From Acidimicrobiia bacterium (GTDB lineage Bacteria; Actinomycetota; Acidimicrobiia; IMCC26256; PALSA-610): DNA of 64,000 bases. The position numbers and the translations under genes were made by a program. Below are positions 25,969-34,899 of this stretch, in pieces. Position 1 is the stretch's first letter. Every line of letters begins with the position of its first letter. The stretch spans positions 3,930 to 67,929 of the forward strand of contig JBBQTI010000010.1 in NCBI GenBank assembly GCA_038213435.1. The letters run 5' to 3'. The notes under the pieces are model-generated. The model worked only from the letters and a program-made list of their open reading frames with translations. It did not search any database and was not told where the DNA came from.

Positions 25969-26733
25969 GTGGGGCACCCGCCGACTCTGGAAGACGACGG
26001 GTACTGCGTCGTCGAAGACGTCATCGATGGAGCGACGGTCGCCGGCATCCGCGCCGAGCTCGCCCGCCTGTTCCACGCGACGCCGCTCGGGCGCGACGAC
26101 TTCGAAGGCCGTCGCACGCGACGGGTCTACGCGCTTTTCGCCAAGACGCGCGTGCTCGACGAGCTCGCGATTCATCCGCGGGTGCTCGACGCGCTCGATC
26201 GCGTGCTCGGACCCGCGCAGCTGAGCGCGCCGACCGCGATCGAGATCGGTCCCGGCGAGCACGCGCAGCCGCTGCACCCCGACGACGCGATCTACCCGGT
26301 CCCGCGTCCGCACCCGGAGCTCGTCGTCAACGTCATGTGGCCGCTCGACGACTTCACCGAGGAGAACGGTGCGACGCGCGTCGTGCCCGGGAGCCACCGC
26401 TGGATCGCCGAACGCCCCGGGCCCGACTCCGAGTCCCTTGCCGTGGCGATGCCGGCCGGCTCCGCGATGCTGTACGTCGGCAGCCTCTGGCACGGTGGCG
26501 GGGCGAATACGACGCAACGATCGCGTGCCGGCGTCGTGCTCCACTACGCGGTGTCGTGGTTGCGCCAGGTCGAGAACCACGTGCTCGCGGTTCCCCCCGA
26601 CGTCGTGCGCGGACTGCCCGAACGGCTACAGGAGCTGCTCGGCTACAACATCTACCCGCCGTTCCTCGGTTACGTCGACGGCCGTCATCCGCGCCGTCTG
26701 CTCGCCCGCGACGGAGGCAGCCGTACCGACTGA
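25969..26733 (+). CDS. phytanoyl-CoA dioxygenase (PhyH) family oxygenase
   Basis: The HxD is 'LHPDD', the distal His is 'LWHGGGAN', and the Arg is 'RAGVVLHY'. Confidence 0.8.
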   Translation: MGHPPTLEDDGYCVVEDVIDGATVAGIRAELARLFHATPLGRDDFEGRRTRRVYALFAKTRVLDELAIHPRVLDALDRVLGPAQLSAPTAIEIGPGEHAQPLHPDDAIYPVPRPHPELVVNVMWPLDDFTEENGATRVVPGSHRWIAERPGPDSESLAVAMPAGSAMLYVGSLWHGGGANTTQRSRAGVVLHYAVSWLRQVENHVLAVPPDVVRGLPERLQELLGYNIYPPFLGYVDGRHPRRLLARDGGSRTD

Positions 26734-26762
26734 GCGACTCGCCGAGGCTCGGTGGCCGAGCG

Positions 26763-26879
26763 TCAGCTACCGAGACCCGGGCGCTTGTCGTCTCGCTTGG
26801 CGTGCTTGTCGGCGCGCTTCTCCTTCAACGACTTCCCGGGTTTCTTGCTGTTCGACTTCTTGGGTGACTTGTCGGCCAT
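26763..26879 (-). CDS. 38-aa lysine-rich basic mini-protein (MADKSPKKSNSKKPGKSLKEKRADKHAKRDDKRPGLGS)
   Basis: It is below the ORF-track length cutoff. 12 of its 38 codons are Lys (11 AAG, 1 AAA), which is very unusual for chance in this high-GC DNA. No obvious SD sequence is present. Confidence 0.35.
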   Translation of the reverse strand: MADKSPKKSNSKKPGKSLKEKRADKHAKRDDKRPGLGS

Positions 26880-26956
26880 AAGGTCGAAGGCTAATCCGAC
26901 GCGGCGCCGCGCGCGCCGAGGTGGCGTCGGGCGAGAACGGGCGACTGGAGGCGTAA

Positions 26957-27910
26957 ATGGCTGGGCGGTTCGCTCGCGACGAGGAGGTCGCGGCCTGGCA
27001 GCAAGACGGATGGGTGATGCTCGACGGTCTCGTCGACACCGACGAGATCGACGACGCGATTGCCGATCTCCGGTATGTCTTTCCGTCCCCCGAGAAGTTC
27101 CACGCCGATCCTGGGGCCCACCGGCCGCCGGGTCGCGCGGATACCGAGCTCCGCCGCGGCTACCCGGAGATGCCGGCGACCGGTCCCGCGTTTCGACCGG
27201 AGCAGCACCGGTTCCGTGCGGAGTTCCCGTTCTACGGCAGCGGCCTGCTCTCGCGTCTTTGCGTGCATCCCGCGATCGTCGACTTCATGCAACGCGCGCT
27301 GGACACGATCGAGCTGCGCGTGTACCAGGCGCAGGTGAGCGCGAAGTACACCGGCGACGCGAACTTCGAGCAGCCGATGCACACCGATCGCAACCACTCG
27401 GTCCTTCCCCCCCGAATGGAGCCGCCCTGGTGGCACGTCGAGTCCTTCCTGTATCTGACCGATGTCGACGAGGGAACGGCGCCGACGCATCTCGTCTCGC
27501 GCAAGGATGCCACCGGCCGCTCCACCAACTCGATCTTCATGCCCGCCCGCGATCCGGAGTTGTACGCACGTGAACGCGCGGCGGCCGGTCGGCGCGGCTC
27601 GCTGCTCGTCTACGGTCCGGACGTCTTCCATCGAGGCGTCGATCTCACGAAGCCGGGCGGTCATCGCTACCTGTTGAACGTCAGCTACAAGGTCGCGGGC
27701 CAGGACTGGATCGGCTTCCATGCGGTGCAGTCGCAGGCGACGCATCCGGCCTGGGTGCAGTTCGTCGAGGCGTCGACGCCGCGCGAGCTCGAGCTGTTCG
27801 GTTTCCCGCCGCCGGGTCATCCGATCTGGACGGCCGCGCTCGTCGACGCGACTACCGAGAAGTATCCGAAGCTCGACGTCGAGCCCTGGCGCCGCGCGCT
27901 TCCTCGATGA
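26957..27910 (+). CDS. phytanoyl-CoA dioxygenase-like Fe(II)/2OG oxygenase
   Basis: The HxD is 'MHTDRNH', the distal His is 'DVFHRG', and the Arg is 'RYLLNVSY'. Confidence 0.7.
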   Translation: MAGRFARDEEVAAWQQDGWVMLDGLVDTDEIDDAIADLRYVFPSPEKFHADPGAHRPPGRADTELRRGYPEMPATGPAFRPEQHRFRAEFPFYGSGLLSRLCVHPAIVDFMQRALDTIELRVYQAQVSAKYTGDANFEQPMHTDRNHSVLPPRMEPPWWHVESFLYLTDVDEGTAPTHLVSRKDATGRSTNSIFMPARDPELYARERAAAGRRGSLLVYGPDVFHRGVDLTKPGGHRYLLNVSYKVAGQDWIGFHAVQSQATHPAWVQFVEASTPRELELFGFPPPGHPIWTAALVDATTEKYPKLDVEPWRRALPR

Positions 27911-28781
27911 CTGTGGCGGGAACGGGTTTCAGATCGTGCACGATGCCGATCCAGCCGAGCGCGCGGAGCACGTAGTAGGTCGCGTCGATCTGCCACCAGC
28001 GGAACCCCTGGCGGGCCGACCACGGGTAACGGTGATGGTTGTTGTGCCATCCCTCACCGCCGGTCGCGAGCGCGACCAGCAATGTGTTGCGGCTCGTGTC
28101 GTCCGTCTCGTATGCGCGCCGGCCGAACACGTGCGCGACGGAGTTGACCGTGAACGTGACGTGCCAGAGCAGCACAGTCGACGCGAAGAACCCGATGAGT
28201 AGGCCACTCCAGCCCCCGATCAGGAAGCAGATGGCGCCGAGCATCCAGGGCCCGATCCAGTCGTGGCGGTCGATGAAGCGCAGCTCCGGGTATCTCGCGA
28301 AATCGCGGATCTGGCTGCGATCGGCCTCGTTGTACTTGTCGCAAAGGATCCAGCCGACGTGGCTCCACCAAAAGCCCCGAGCGGGCGAATGCACGTCGCG
28401 TTCGGTGTCGGAGAAGCGGTGATGGTTGCGATGATGCGCGGCCCACCACAGTGGACCCTTCTGCGACGCCATCGTCCCACCGAACGCCAATACGAACTGC
28501 CAGACGCGGTTGAGCCGGTACGACTTGTGCGCGAAATAGCGGTGATACCCGGCCGTGATGAAGAACATCCGGGTCGTGAACGTGACGAACGCGAGTATCA
28601 ACGCGGCGCGGGTGACGCCAGTGAAGATCGCGAGGAAGGGAATCAGGTGCAGTGCAAAGAACGCGAGCGAGGAACGGACGTTGAGCCGGTCCGCGTTGTT
28701 CCCGTGCCCCGTCGAGGGATCCGGCATATCGGAGTCGGTTGCGTCCGCGTGTGAGCCGAGACCGGTGAGCGACTGATTCAC
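27852..28781 (-). CDS. membrane acyl-CoA (delta-9-type) fatty acid desaturase
   Basis: It has three His boxes ('HRYFAH', 'HRNHH', 'HNNHH') and TM segments. Confidence 0.85.
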   Translation of the reverse strand: MNQSLTGLGSHADATDSDMPDPSTGHGNNADRLNVRSSLAFFALHLIPFLAIFTGVTRAALILAFVTFTTRMFFITAGYHRYFAHKSYRLNRVWQFVLAFGGTMASQKGPLWWAAHHRNHHRFSDTERDVHSPARGFWWSHVGWILCDKYNEADRSQIRDFARYPELRFIDRHDWIGPWMLGAICFLIGGWSGLLIGFFASTVLLWHVTFTVNSVAHVFGRRAYETDDTSRNTLLVALATGGEGWHNNHHRYPWSARQGFRWWQIDATYYVLRALGWIGIVHDLKPVPATVIEEARGARARRRASDTSR

Positions 28782-28823
28782 CCTGCTCCTGTATCTGTCG
28801 GCGGGAGCCTCTCGCAGCCGAGA

Positions 28824-29099
28824 CTATTCGGACAGGCGCGCGGTGAGGAGAGCCGTCAGCTCGGACTTCTCCTCGTCGAACGCCTCGAATGTCATCCGAC
28901 CGGCGTCGAACTCCTCGTGCATCGCGGCGATGCGCTCGATCAACTCCTCGGTGGTCGCCGAGTTCTCGTCGAACTCGGGACCGGTCTCCGCGTCGTCCTC
29001 GGGCGACTTGTCCTGTCGGCGCTCGCGCTTCGCCGTGGCCTTCGCCTGCTTCGAACGTTCGCGTTCCCGTTTGTTGGAGGTCGTTCGCCGAGTTGCCAT
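28824..29099 (-). CDS. small charged hypothetical protein
   Basis: 91 aa with a basic N-terminus and an acidic C-terminus. It lies immediately upstream of and co-directional with the desaturase gene. Confidence 0.5.
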   Translation of the reverse strand: MATRRTTSNKRERERSKQAKATAKRERRQDKSPEDDAETGPEFDENSATTEELIERIAAMHEEFDAGRMTFEAFDEEKSELTALLTARLSE

Positions 29100-29334
29100 A
29101 TCGTCTCCTCATCCGGCGGCGAGAGCGCAGGACCCGCCGGCGCGCGCTCGCAAGATGATCGAAAGTGCCGTCAGCCGGTCGTGGGAGGATGGTGGTGCGA
29201 GGCCGAGATCGCCCACGCGGCTGCACCAACAGACTAGGCGAGCGCTGCTCGACTTCCCGGACAGGGCCGTCGCGTGGCGCTCGGCCGCTCGCTATTGCTC
29301 TCGGCCAGTGGAGAGGCGGAAAGGGCGGATCAGC

Positions 29335-30735
29335 GTGGTGACGCTCGCGGCATTGCTGTTCGATCATCCCAATGCCGCCGACGAGGCGCTGCTCCACGCA
29401 CCGGGCGAATCGGTGACCGCGGACGAAGCCCGGGCCCGGGCGCGAGCCGTCGCCGAATCCCTGCGCGCCGCGGGCGTCGAACCCGGCCGAGCGGTCGCGG
29501 TGCAGCTTCCCAACGGGCCCGGGGCGATCACCGCCATGTTCGGTGTCTGGCTGGCCGGCGCGGTCTTCGTGCCGGTCAACCCGCGATCGCCGGAGCCCGA
29601 GCGACGCACCATGCTGGAAGCGACCCGCCCGGCGGCGTTGCTCTCGGGCGACGGGCTGCGATCGCTCGACGATCCCGCGGTGTACGACTCGGACGTCGCG
29701 TTCGTGACGTGGACGTCGGGGACGACCGGTTCCCCGAAGCCGGTCCAGCACACGCACGCCAACTACATGGAGCTGCTCGACCGCGTGCTCGGACCGCTGC
29801 GGGGTGAGGCGCGCGGCGACGTCGAGCGGCGGCCCACACCGAATCTCGTGCCTGTTTCTCTCGCGCTCAATGCCGGGATCTACAACGTGCTCTTCGGGTT
29901 GCGGGCCGGAGCCGAGGTCGTCGTCATGGACGGATTCGATGCGGGCGTGTTCGCCGAGCTGGTCGCCCGGTTCGGTATCCGGTCGACGGTGCTTCCGCCG
30001 GCGGCGATGGCGATGCTGTCCGATGATCCGACCGTTGTCGACCTTGCACCGCTGCGATACGTGCGCAGCATCACCGCGCCGCTCTCGCCTTTCCAAGCGC
30101 GCCGTTTCGCCGACAAGTTCGGCGTCGTCGTCTTGAACGGCTACGGCCAGGCCGAGATCGGCGAGGTCATCGGGTGGACGGCCGCGGATGCGCGCGAGCA
30201 TCCCGACAAGCTGGGCGCGGTCGGGCGTCCGCATCCGGGCGTGTCGATCAAGATCGCGCAGGCGGCCGGCACCGACGCGGGTCAGGTCGGCCGGTTGCTC
30301 GTGCGGCCTCCGACGACCGCGGTCGGCATCGCCGCGTCGCGCGTCGACGAAGAGGGATATGTCGATACCGGCGACCTGGCCCGCGTCGACGACGAGGGCT
30401 TCGTGTGGATAGAAGGCCGGGCGAGCGACGTCATCAATCGCGGTGGCAACAAGGTCTTCCCCGGGCACGTCGAGGAGGTGCTGCGGGCCGTCGCGGGCGT
30501 CGCCGAGGCCGCGGTCGTCGGGATGCCCGACGACCGGCTGGGTGAGGTTCCGGTCGCGTACGTCGTCACGACGACCGACGTTTCGGACGACGACCTCATT
30601 GGGGCGTGCCGCGCGCATCTTGCTCCGTACAAGGTTCCGGTCACTTTTCGCCGCGTCGACGCGCTGCCGAGGAGCGAGGTCGGAAAGGTGCTGCGGCGTG
30701 AGCTCGAGCGCCGACCGGCCGACCCCGGGATCTGA
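29335..30735 (+). CDS. AMP-dependent synthetase/ligase (acyl-CoA synthetase family)
   Basis: 'TWTSGTTGSPKPV', 'GYGQAE', 'TGDLAR' and 'YKVP' are present. A GTG start follows the purine-rich GGAGAGGCGGAAAGGG. The track ORF is over-extended to 28843. Confidence 0.8.
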   Translation: MVTLAALLFDHPNAADEALLHAPGESVTADEARARARAVAESLRAAGVEPGRAVAVQLPNGPGAITAMFGVWLAGAVFVPVNPRSPEPERRTMLEATRPAALLSGDGLRSLDDPAVYDSDVAFVTWTSGTTGSPKPVQHTHANYMELLDRVLGPLRGEARGDVERRPTPNLVPVSLALNAGIYNVLFGLRAGAEVVVMDGFDAGVFAELVARFGIRSTVLPPAAMAMLSDDPTVVDLAPLRYVRSITAPLSPFQARRFADKFGVVVLNGYGQAEIGEVIGWTAADAREHPDKLGAVGRPHPGVSIKIAQAAGTDAGQVGRLLVRPPTTAVGIAASRVDEEGYVDTGDLARVDDEGFVWIEGRASDVINRGGNKVFPGHVEEVLRAVAGVAEAAVVGMPDDRLGEVPVAYVVTTTDVSDDDLIGACRAHLAPYKVPVTFRRVDALPRSEVGKVLRRELERRPADPGI

Positions 30736-30768
30736 GTGCTTTGAAGCTTCCGGGAGTACGGTCGGCCT

Positions 30769-31936
30769 ATGGTCGGAATCGATCCTTTCGCACCGGCTCG
30801 GCTCGGCCCGATCGATCTGCGCAATCGCATCATCAAGGCCGCGACCTTCGAAGGGCGTACTCCGAAACGCGTCGTCACACCTGAGCTCGTCGAGTTCCAC
30901 CGCAGGTTCGCGGCCGGGGGAGTCGGCATGACGACGGTCGCGTATTGCGCGATCACTCGCGCCGGCTCCACCGACGGTCACCAGATCGTGCTCGACAACG
31001 CGGAGGTTGGAACGGGCCTACGAGCCCTCACCGACGCCGTCCACGCCGAGGGCGCCGCGATCGCCGCGCAGATCGGTCACGCCGGCCCGGTCGCGAACCC
31101 GATGGGCACGAAGTCGCCCGCGCTCGCGCCGTCGCGCATTTTCAGCCCGCTCGGCATGCGGCGGTACCCGCGCGGCGACCGCGGACGCGATCGCCACAAT
31201 CGTCGACCAGTACGCGCACGGCGCGAGGGTATTGCGAGACGCGGGCTTCGACGCCATCGAAATTCACATCGGTCACGGCTATTTGTTGAGCGCGTTTCTG
31301 TCGCCCAAGCTCAACAAGCGCACCGACGAGTTCGGCGGCAGCCTCGAGAACCGGGCGCGACTTCCGCTCGACGTCGTACGCGCGGTGCGTGGTGCCGCGG
31401 GCGCCGGTGTGGCGGTCACCGCGAAGATCAACATGACCGACGGGGTGCGGGGCGGGTTCTGGCTCGACGAGAGCATCGAGTTCGCGCGCATGCTCGAGGC
31501 CGACGGGTCGCTCGACGCGCTGACTCTCACGGGCGGCAGTTCCCTCGAGAATCCCATGTACTTGTTCCGCGGCGAGGCGCCGGTGGCCGAGATGGCGGAG
31601 ATGTTCTCCGGCGTGCTCAAGATCGGGATCAAGCTCGCCGGCGGCGCGTTCTTCAAGGAGTACCCGTTCGCGGAGGCGTACTTTCTGCCGTACGCCCGAC
31701 AGTTCCGAGCCGCACTCGACATACCGCTCGTCCTACTCGGCGGGATCAACCGGCTCGACACCGTCACGAACGCCCTCGACGAGGGCTTCGCCTTCGTGCA
31801 GATGGGCCGCGCGCTGCTCCGCGAGCCCGAGTTGCTTCTCGAGATGCAGAAGGATCCGAACCGCGAGTCGCTCTGCATCCACTGCAACAAATGCATGCCG
31901 ACGATCTACACCGGCACGCGATGCGTGCTCGTATAA
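30769..31936 (+). pseudogene. NADH:flavin oxidoreductase (Old Yellow Enzyme family) with a 1-nt frameshift near 31158-31172
   Basis: Frame 1 (track ORF 30769..) reads normally to '...APSRIFSPLGMRR'. Frame 2 (track ORF 31007..31936) continues 'RAATADAIATIVDQYAHGARVLRDAGFDAIEIHIGHGYLLSAFLSPKLNKRTDEFGGSLENR...'. Confidence 0.8.
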
Positions 31937-31954
31937 ACGACTTCGCTCATGCCG

Positions 31955-33271
31955 TCATGCAGGGGAGGGAGCAACGTCTAGGAACCGGAGCTCGGTTGGG
32001 TTGATGTCCAGGTAGCGCTCGAGGTTCTTGTGCAGGTTGACGATCCGGCCCTCCTCGGTCGGCGACACCGTGAGATGAGTGAGTCCGGGTTGGTGCAGAC
32101 CACGCTGGCTCCCCGCGAAGTTCGCGAAATCCTGATTGAGAATCAGGCCGATCGGCAGATCGCCGTCGGGCGAGAGCTCGACGTCGATCGGTTTCGTCCT
32201 GGGACGTTCGCCGTTCGGCGATCCGTTGGGAGCCGTGACCCGCTCGAACGAGAACGCGTCCATGTACGCGTCGTCGGGGCTTGCGCCCGGACGTGAACGC
32301 ACGACCTGCAGCATGTCGGAGAAAACCAGCACGGTGACGTTGGGGAAGAGGTTGTACTGGGACATGTCGAGGAGCTGTCCGTCGTCGAGACCGTCGAACC
32401 AGTGGTGGCCCGCGTCGACGCCGCGCTTCTGCACGATCCGTGCAATCGAGCCCCGGATCGTCCCTCCCGGCGGCACCTCGGGTGCGGGTCCGGCGTCACA
32501 CTGCGCGTCGTTACCGACGCGGACGCCCATCACCTCGACGAATGCCTCCCACACTCGCTGATCGTCGGGCCGGTCGCGCAGGCGGGGCGAGGGCATCCCG
32601 TACGACTGTTGGAGCTTGCCGTGGCGATCCCACACTCGCTGCGGACCGTTCACGTCATCACACATCGCCAGCATCTCGCGGTGAATGCCCTGCACGTGGT
32701 ACGTCTCGCTGAAGCCGTCGATGAGCGTCTTCCAGTTGCAGGGCGCCGGAATCGATACCGCGGCGGTGCACCGGAACTGGTCCATTCGTGCCCACGCGCA
32801 GTCGTCGGGGACGGCGCCGAGGAAGTCGGCGAGCGGCTCGGCGTCGAGCGCGAGATTGACGAACACGAGCGGGCCCCAGGCCTCGACCCGTACCGGGACC
32901 AACCCGAAGTCCTCTGCATGCGGGCCGAGAACACCGAATTCCCGACGAGATGGCACTTCTCGGAGCCGTCCGGCCAGGTCGTAGGCCCAGCGGTGGAACG
33001 GGCAGCGGAGCTCGATCAGGCCGACGCCCGTTCCCTGGCACAGCGCGCTCCCGCGGTGCCGGCACGCGTTCTGGAACGCGCGCAGCTCGAGGTCGTCGCC
33101 CCGCACCAGGAGCAACGACAGGGGTCCGATCCGGAGCTCGTGGAAGTCGCCCGGGTTCGCGACGTGGTCGATCGAGCACGCGAGCTGCCACACCCGCGGC
33201 CACAGCCGATCGTTTTCGAGGGCGGCGAACGCGCTCGACGTGTAGCGCGCCGCGGGAATGGTGACGGCCAT
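31955..33271 (-). CDS. Rieske [2Fe-2S] aromatic-ring-hydroxylating oxygenase alpha subunit
   Basis: The Rieske motif is 'CRHRG...CPFHRW'. The catalytic domain includes 'ETYHVQGIH'. The start is ATG 33271. Confidence 0.8.
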   Translation of the reverse strand: MAVTIPAARYTSSAFAALENDRLWPRVWQLACSIDHVANPGDFHELRIGPLSLLLVRGDDLELRAFQNACRHRGSALCQGTGVGLIELRCPFHRWAYDLAGRLREVPSRREFGVLGPHAEDFGLVPVRVEAWGPLVFVNLALDAEPLADFLGAVPDDCAWARMDQFRCTAAVSIPAPCNWKTLIDGFSETYHVQGIHREMLAMCDDVNGPQRVWDRHGKLQQSYGMPSPRLRDRPDDQRVWEAFVEVMGVRVGNDAQCDAGPAPEVPPGGTIRGSIARIVQKRGVDAGHHWFDGLDDGQLLDMSQYNLFPNVTVLVFSDMLQVVRSRPGASPDDAYMDAFSFERVTAPNGSPNGERPRTKPIDVELSPDGDLPIGLILNQDFANFAGSQRGLHQPGLTHLTVSPTEEGRIVNLHKNLERYLDINPTELRFLDVAPSPA

Positions 33272-33464
33272 GTAACGGCTTCCGGTCAACGGCAACTTCT
33301 CGACGCGTCGCGTCCGTCGGAATCGGCGCGGCCGAATCGTCGCGTCTTTCGAGCGCGTCTGGCAACCGTGCGGAACGGTCGCGAAGGCCTCGCCCCGGAT
33401 CCGGATCGACAGGCGTGCGCAATGTCCGTACGCTTCGGCCTTCAAGCGACCTGGGGGAGACAGA

Positions 33465-34862
33465 ATGCGGCTGCGTTGGTGCGTCCTCGCGACGGCTTTG
33501 GTGCTCGTCGTCACCGCGTGTGGTAGCAGCGGTGGCAGCAAGGACACCTCCGGAAACGGTCTGGGGGGTGCAACCTCTTCGACCGCCCCGGCGAACGACG
33601 TCTGCAAGACCGCAGCCCTCAAGAGCACCGAGGTGGGGGTCACGGCATCGACGATCACGGTGACGGTCGTCGCCGACGTGAACAACTCGGTCCGTCCGGG
33701 CCTGTTCAAGGGCTCGTGGGATGGCGTGAAGGCCTGGGGCGACTACATGAACTCGAAGGGTGGTCTCGCCTGTCGCCGGGTCGTGGTGAAGCAGGGCGAC
33801 GCCAAGCTGAGTCCCACCGACGCCGCCAACGCCGCTGCCGCCGCGTGTGGCAACTCGGTCGCGATGGTCGGGACGACCGCGCTCTTCCTCCAGAACGTGA
33901 GTGCGATGGAGTCGTGCAAGGACAAGGCGGGTGTGGCGACGGGGCTTCCCGACATCGCCGACCTGCAGACCGAGGTCGCGCACCAGTGCTCGAAGATCTC
34001 GTTCGCGACCTTGCCGACCGGATCGTCGTGCCCGTACAGCGGTACCGGCCTGCGGACGTTCCGGGTCGGGTACACGACGTACGACTACTACTTCAAGAAG
34101 TACGGCGCGAACGCGCTGCACGGCGTCTTCGTGGTTCCGAAGGACCTTCCGTCGACGATTTCGGCATCGATGCCGATCTTCCGGGCCGAGAACCGCATGG
34201 GCATCAAGAGCGATGCCGAGTTCGGCAAGAGCGGGCTCTCGATCCAGACCGACTACACCGAGGTCGCGCAGGCGATCAAGACGAGCAAGTCGACGTACGC
34301 GCGCAACGGGCTCGACTACAAGGGCACCGTGCTCATGCGCAAGGAAGCGCAGGTCCAGGGCGCCGACACCGTCAAGATCTGGGACTGCTCGTTGCAGTGC
34401 TACGACAAGCGTCTCATCCAGGAGGCCGGCAACGCGATGGAGGGCCAGTACGTGTGGCTCAACTTCCTGCCGTTCGAGGACAAGGGTTCGAACCCGGAGC
34501 TCGACGCCTTCCTGAAGTACACCAAGAACCCGGAAGGCTTCGGCGCGCAAGCGTGGATCGCGGGTGAGATCTTCGCCCGGGCCGTGAACGACACGATGAA
34601 GGCGAACAACGACGATCCCAACTCGATCACCCGCGCCAACCTGCTGACCGCGATCCGCAGCCTGCACGACTTCGACGGGATCGGCATGGTTCCGAAGATC
34701 GACGTCGGTCGCAAGATCGGCAGCACGTGCCTCGTCGGCGTGCAGGTGATCGGCGGTGTGTTCAAGCGCATCGACCCGGTCCAGCCGGGAACGTTCGACT
34801 GCGACAACAACAAGCCGCCGCTCACGTTTGAGGTCGACGCGGTCAAGGAGTACAAGGGTTAA
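33465..34862 (+). CDS. ABC transporter substrate-binding lipoprotein (Liv / branched-chain amino acid type)
   Basis: It has a signal peptide plus lipobox 'LVVTAC'. It heads an operon with Liv-type permease and ATPase genes. Confidence 0.75.
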   Translation: MRLRWCVLATALVLVVTACGSSGGSKDTSGNGLGGATSSTAPANDVCKTAALKSTEVGVTASTITVTVVADVNNSVRPGLFKGSWDGVKAWGDYMNSKGGLACRRVVVKQGDAKLSPTDAANAAAAACGNSVAMVGTTALFLQNVSAMESCKDKAGVATGLPDIADLQTEVAHQCSKISFATLPTGSSCPYSGTGLRTFRVGYTTYDYYFKKYGANALHGVFVVPKDLPSTISASMPIFRAENRMGIKSDAEFGKSGLSIQTDYTEVAQAIKTSKSTYARNGLDYKGTVLMRKEAQVQGADTVKIWDCSLQCYDKRLIQEAGNAMEGQYVWLNFLPFEDKGSNPELDAFLKYTKNPEGFGAQAWIAGEIFARAVNDTMKANNDDPNSITRANLLTAIRSLHDFDGIGMVPKIDVGRKIGSTCLVGVQVIGGVFKRIDPVQPGTFDCDNNKPPLTFEVDAVKEYKG

Positions 34863-34899
34863 CGCGAGCTCGTCGTCGATCGCACGAAGGAGAGCTGGC

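Noticed and set aside
27852-27910. A 59-nt convergent overlap between the third PhyH gene and the desaturase gene.
   Set aside because: It is probably just a non-conserved C-terminal tail of the desaturase ORF running until the first stop. It is not evidence for a functional antisense arrangement.
28054-30981. A 975-aa minus-strand ORF antisense to the acyl-CoA ligase and overlapping the desaturase.
   Set aside because: It has the same Arg-rich shadow composition. The plus-strand ligase and the in-frame desaturase have unambiguous motifs.
34484-34495. A GGTTCGAACCC T-loop-like motif, and a similar GAGTCGAACC at about 13503, considered as possible tRNAs.
   Set aside because: No acceptor, D or anticodon arms can be folded around them. 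The first lies inside a well-supported CDS.
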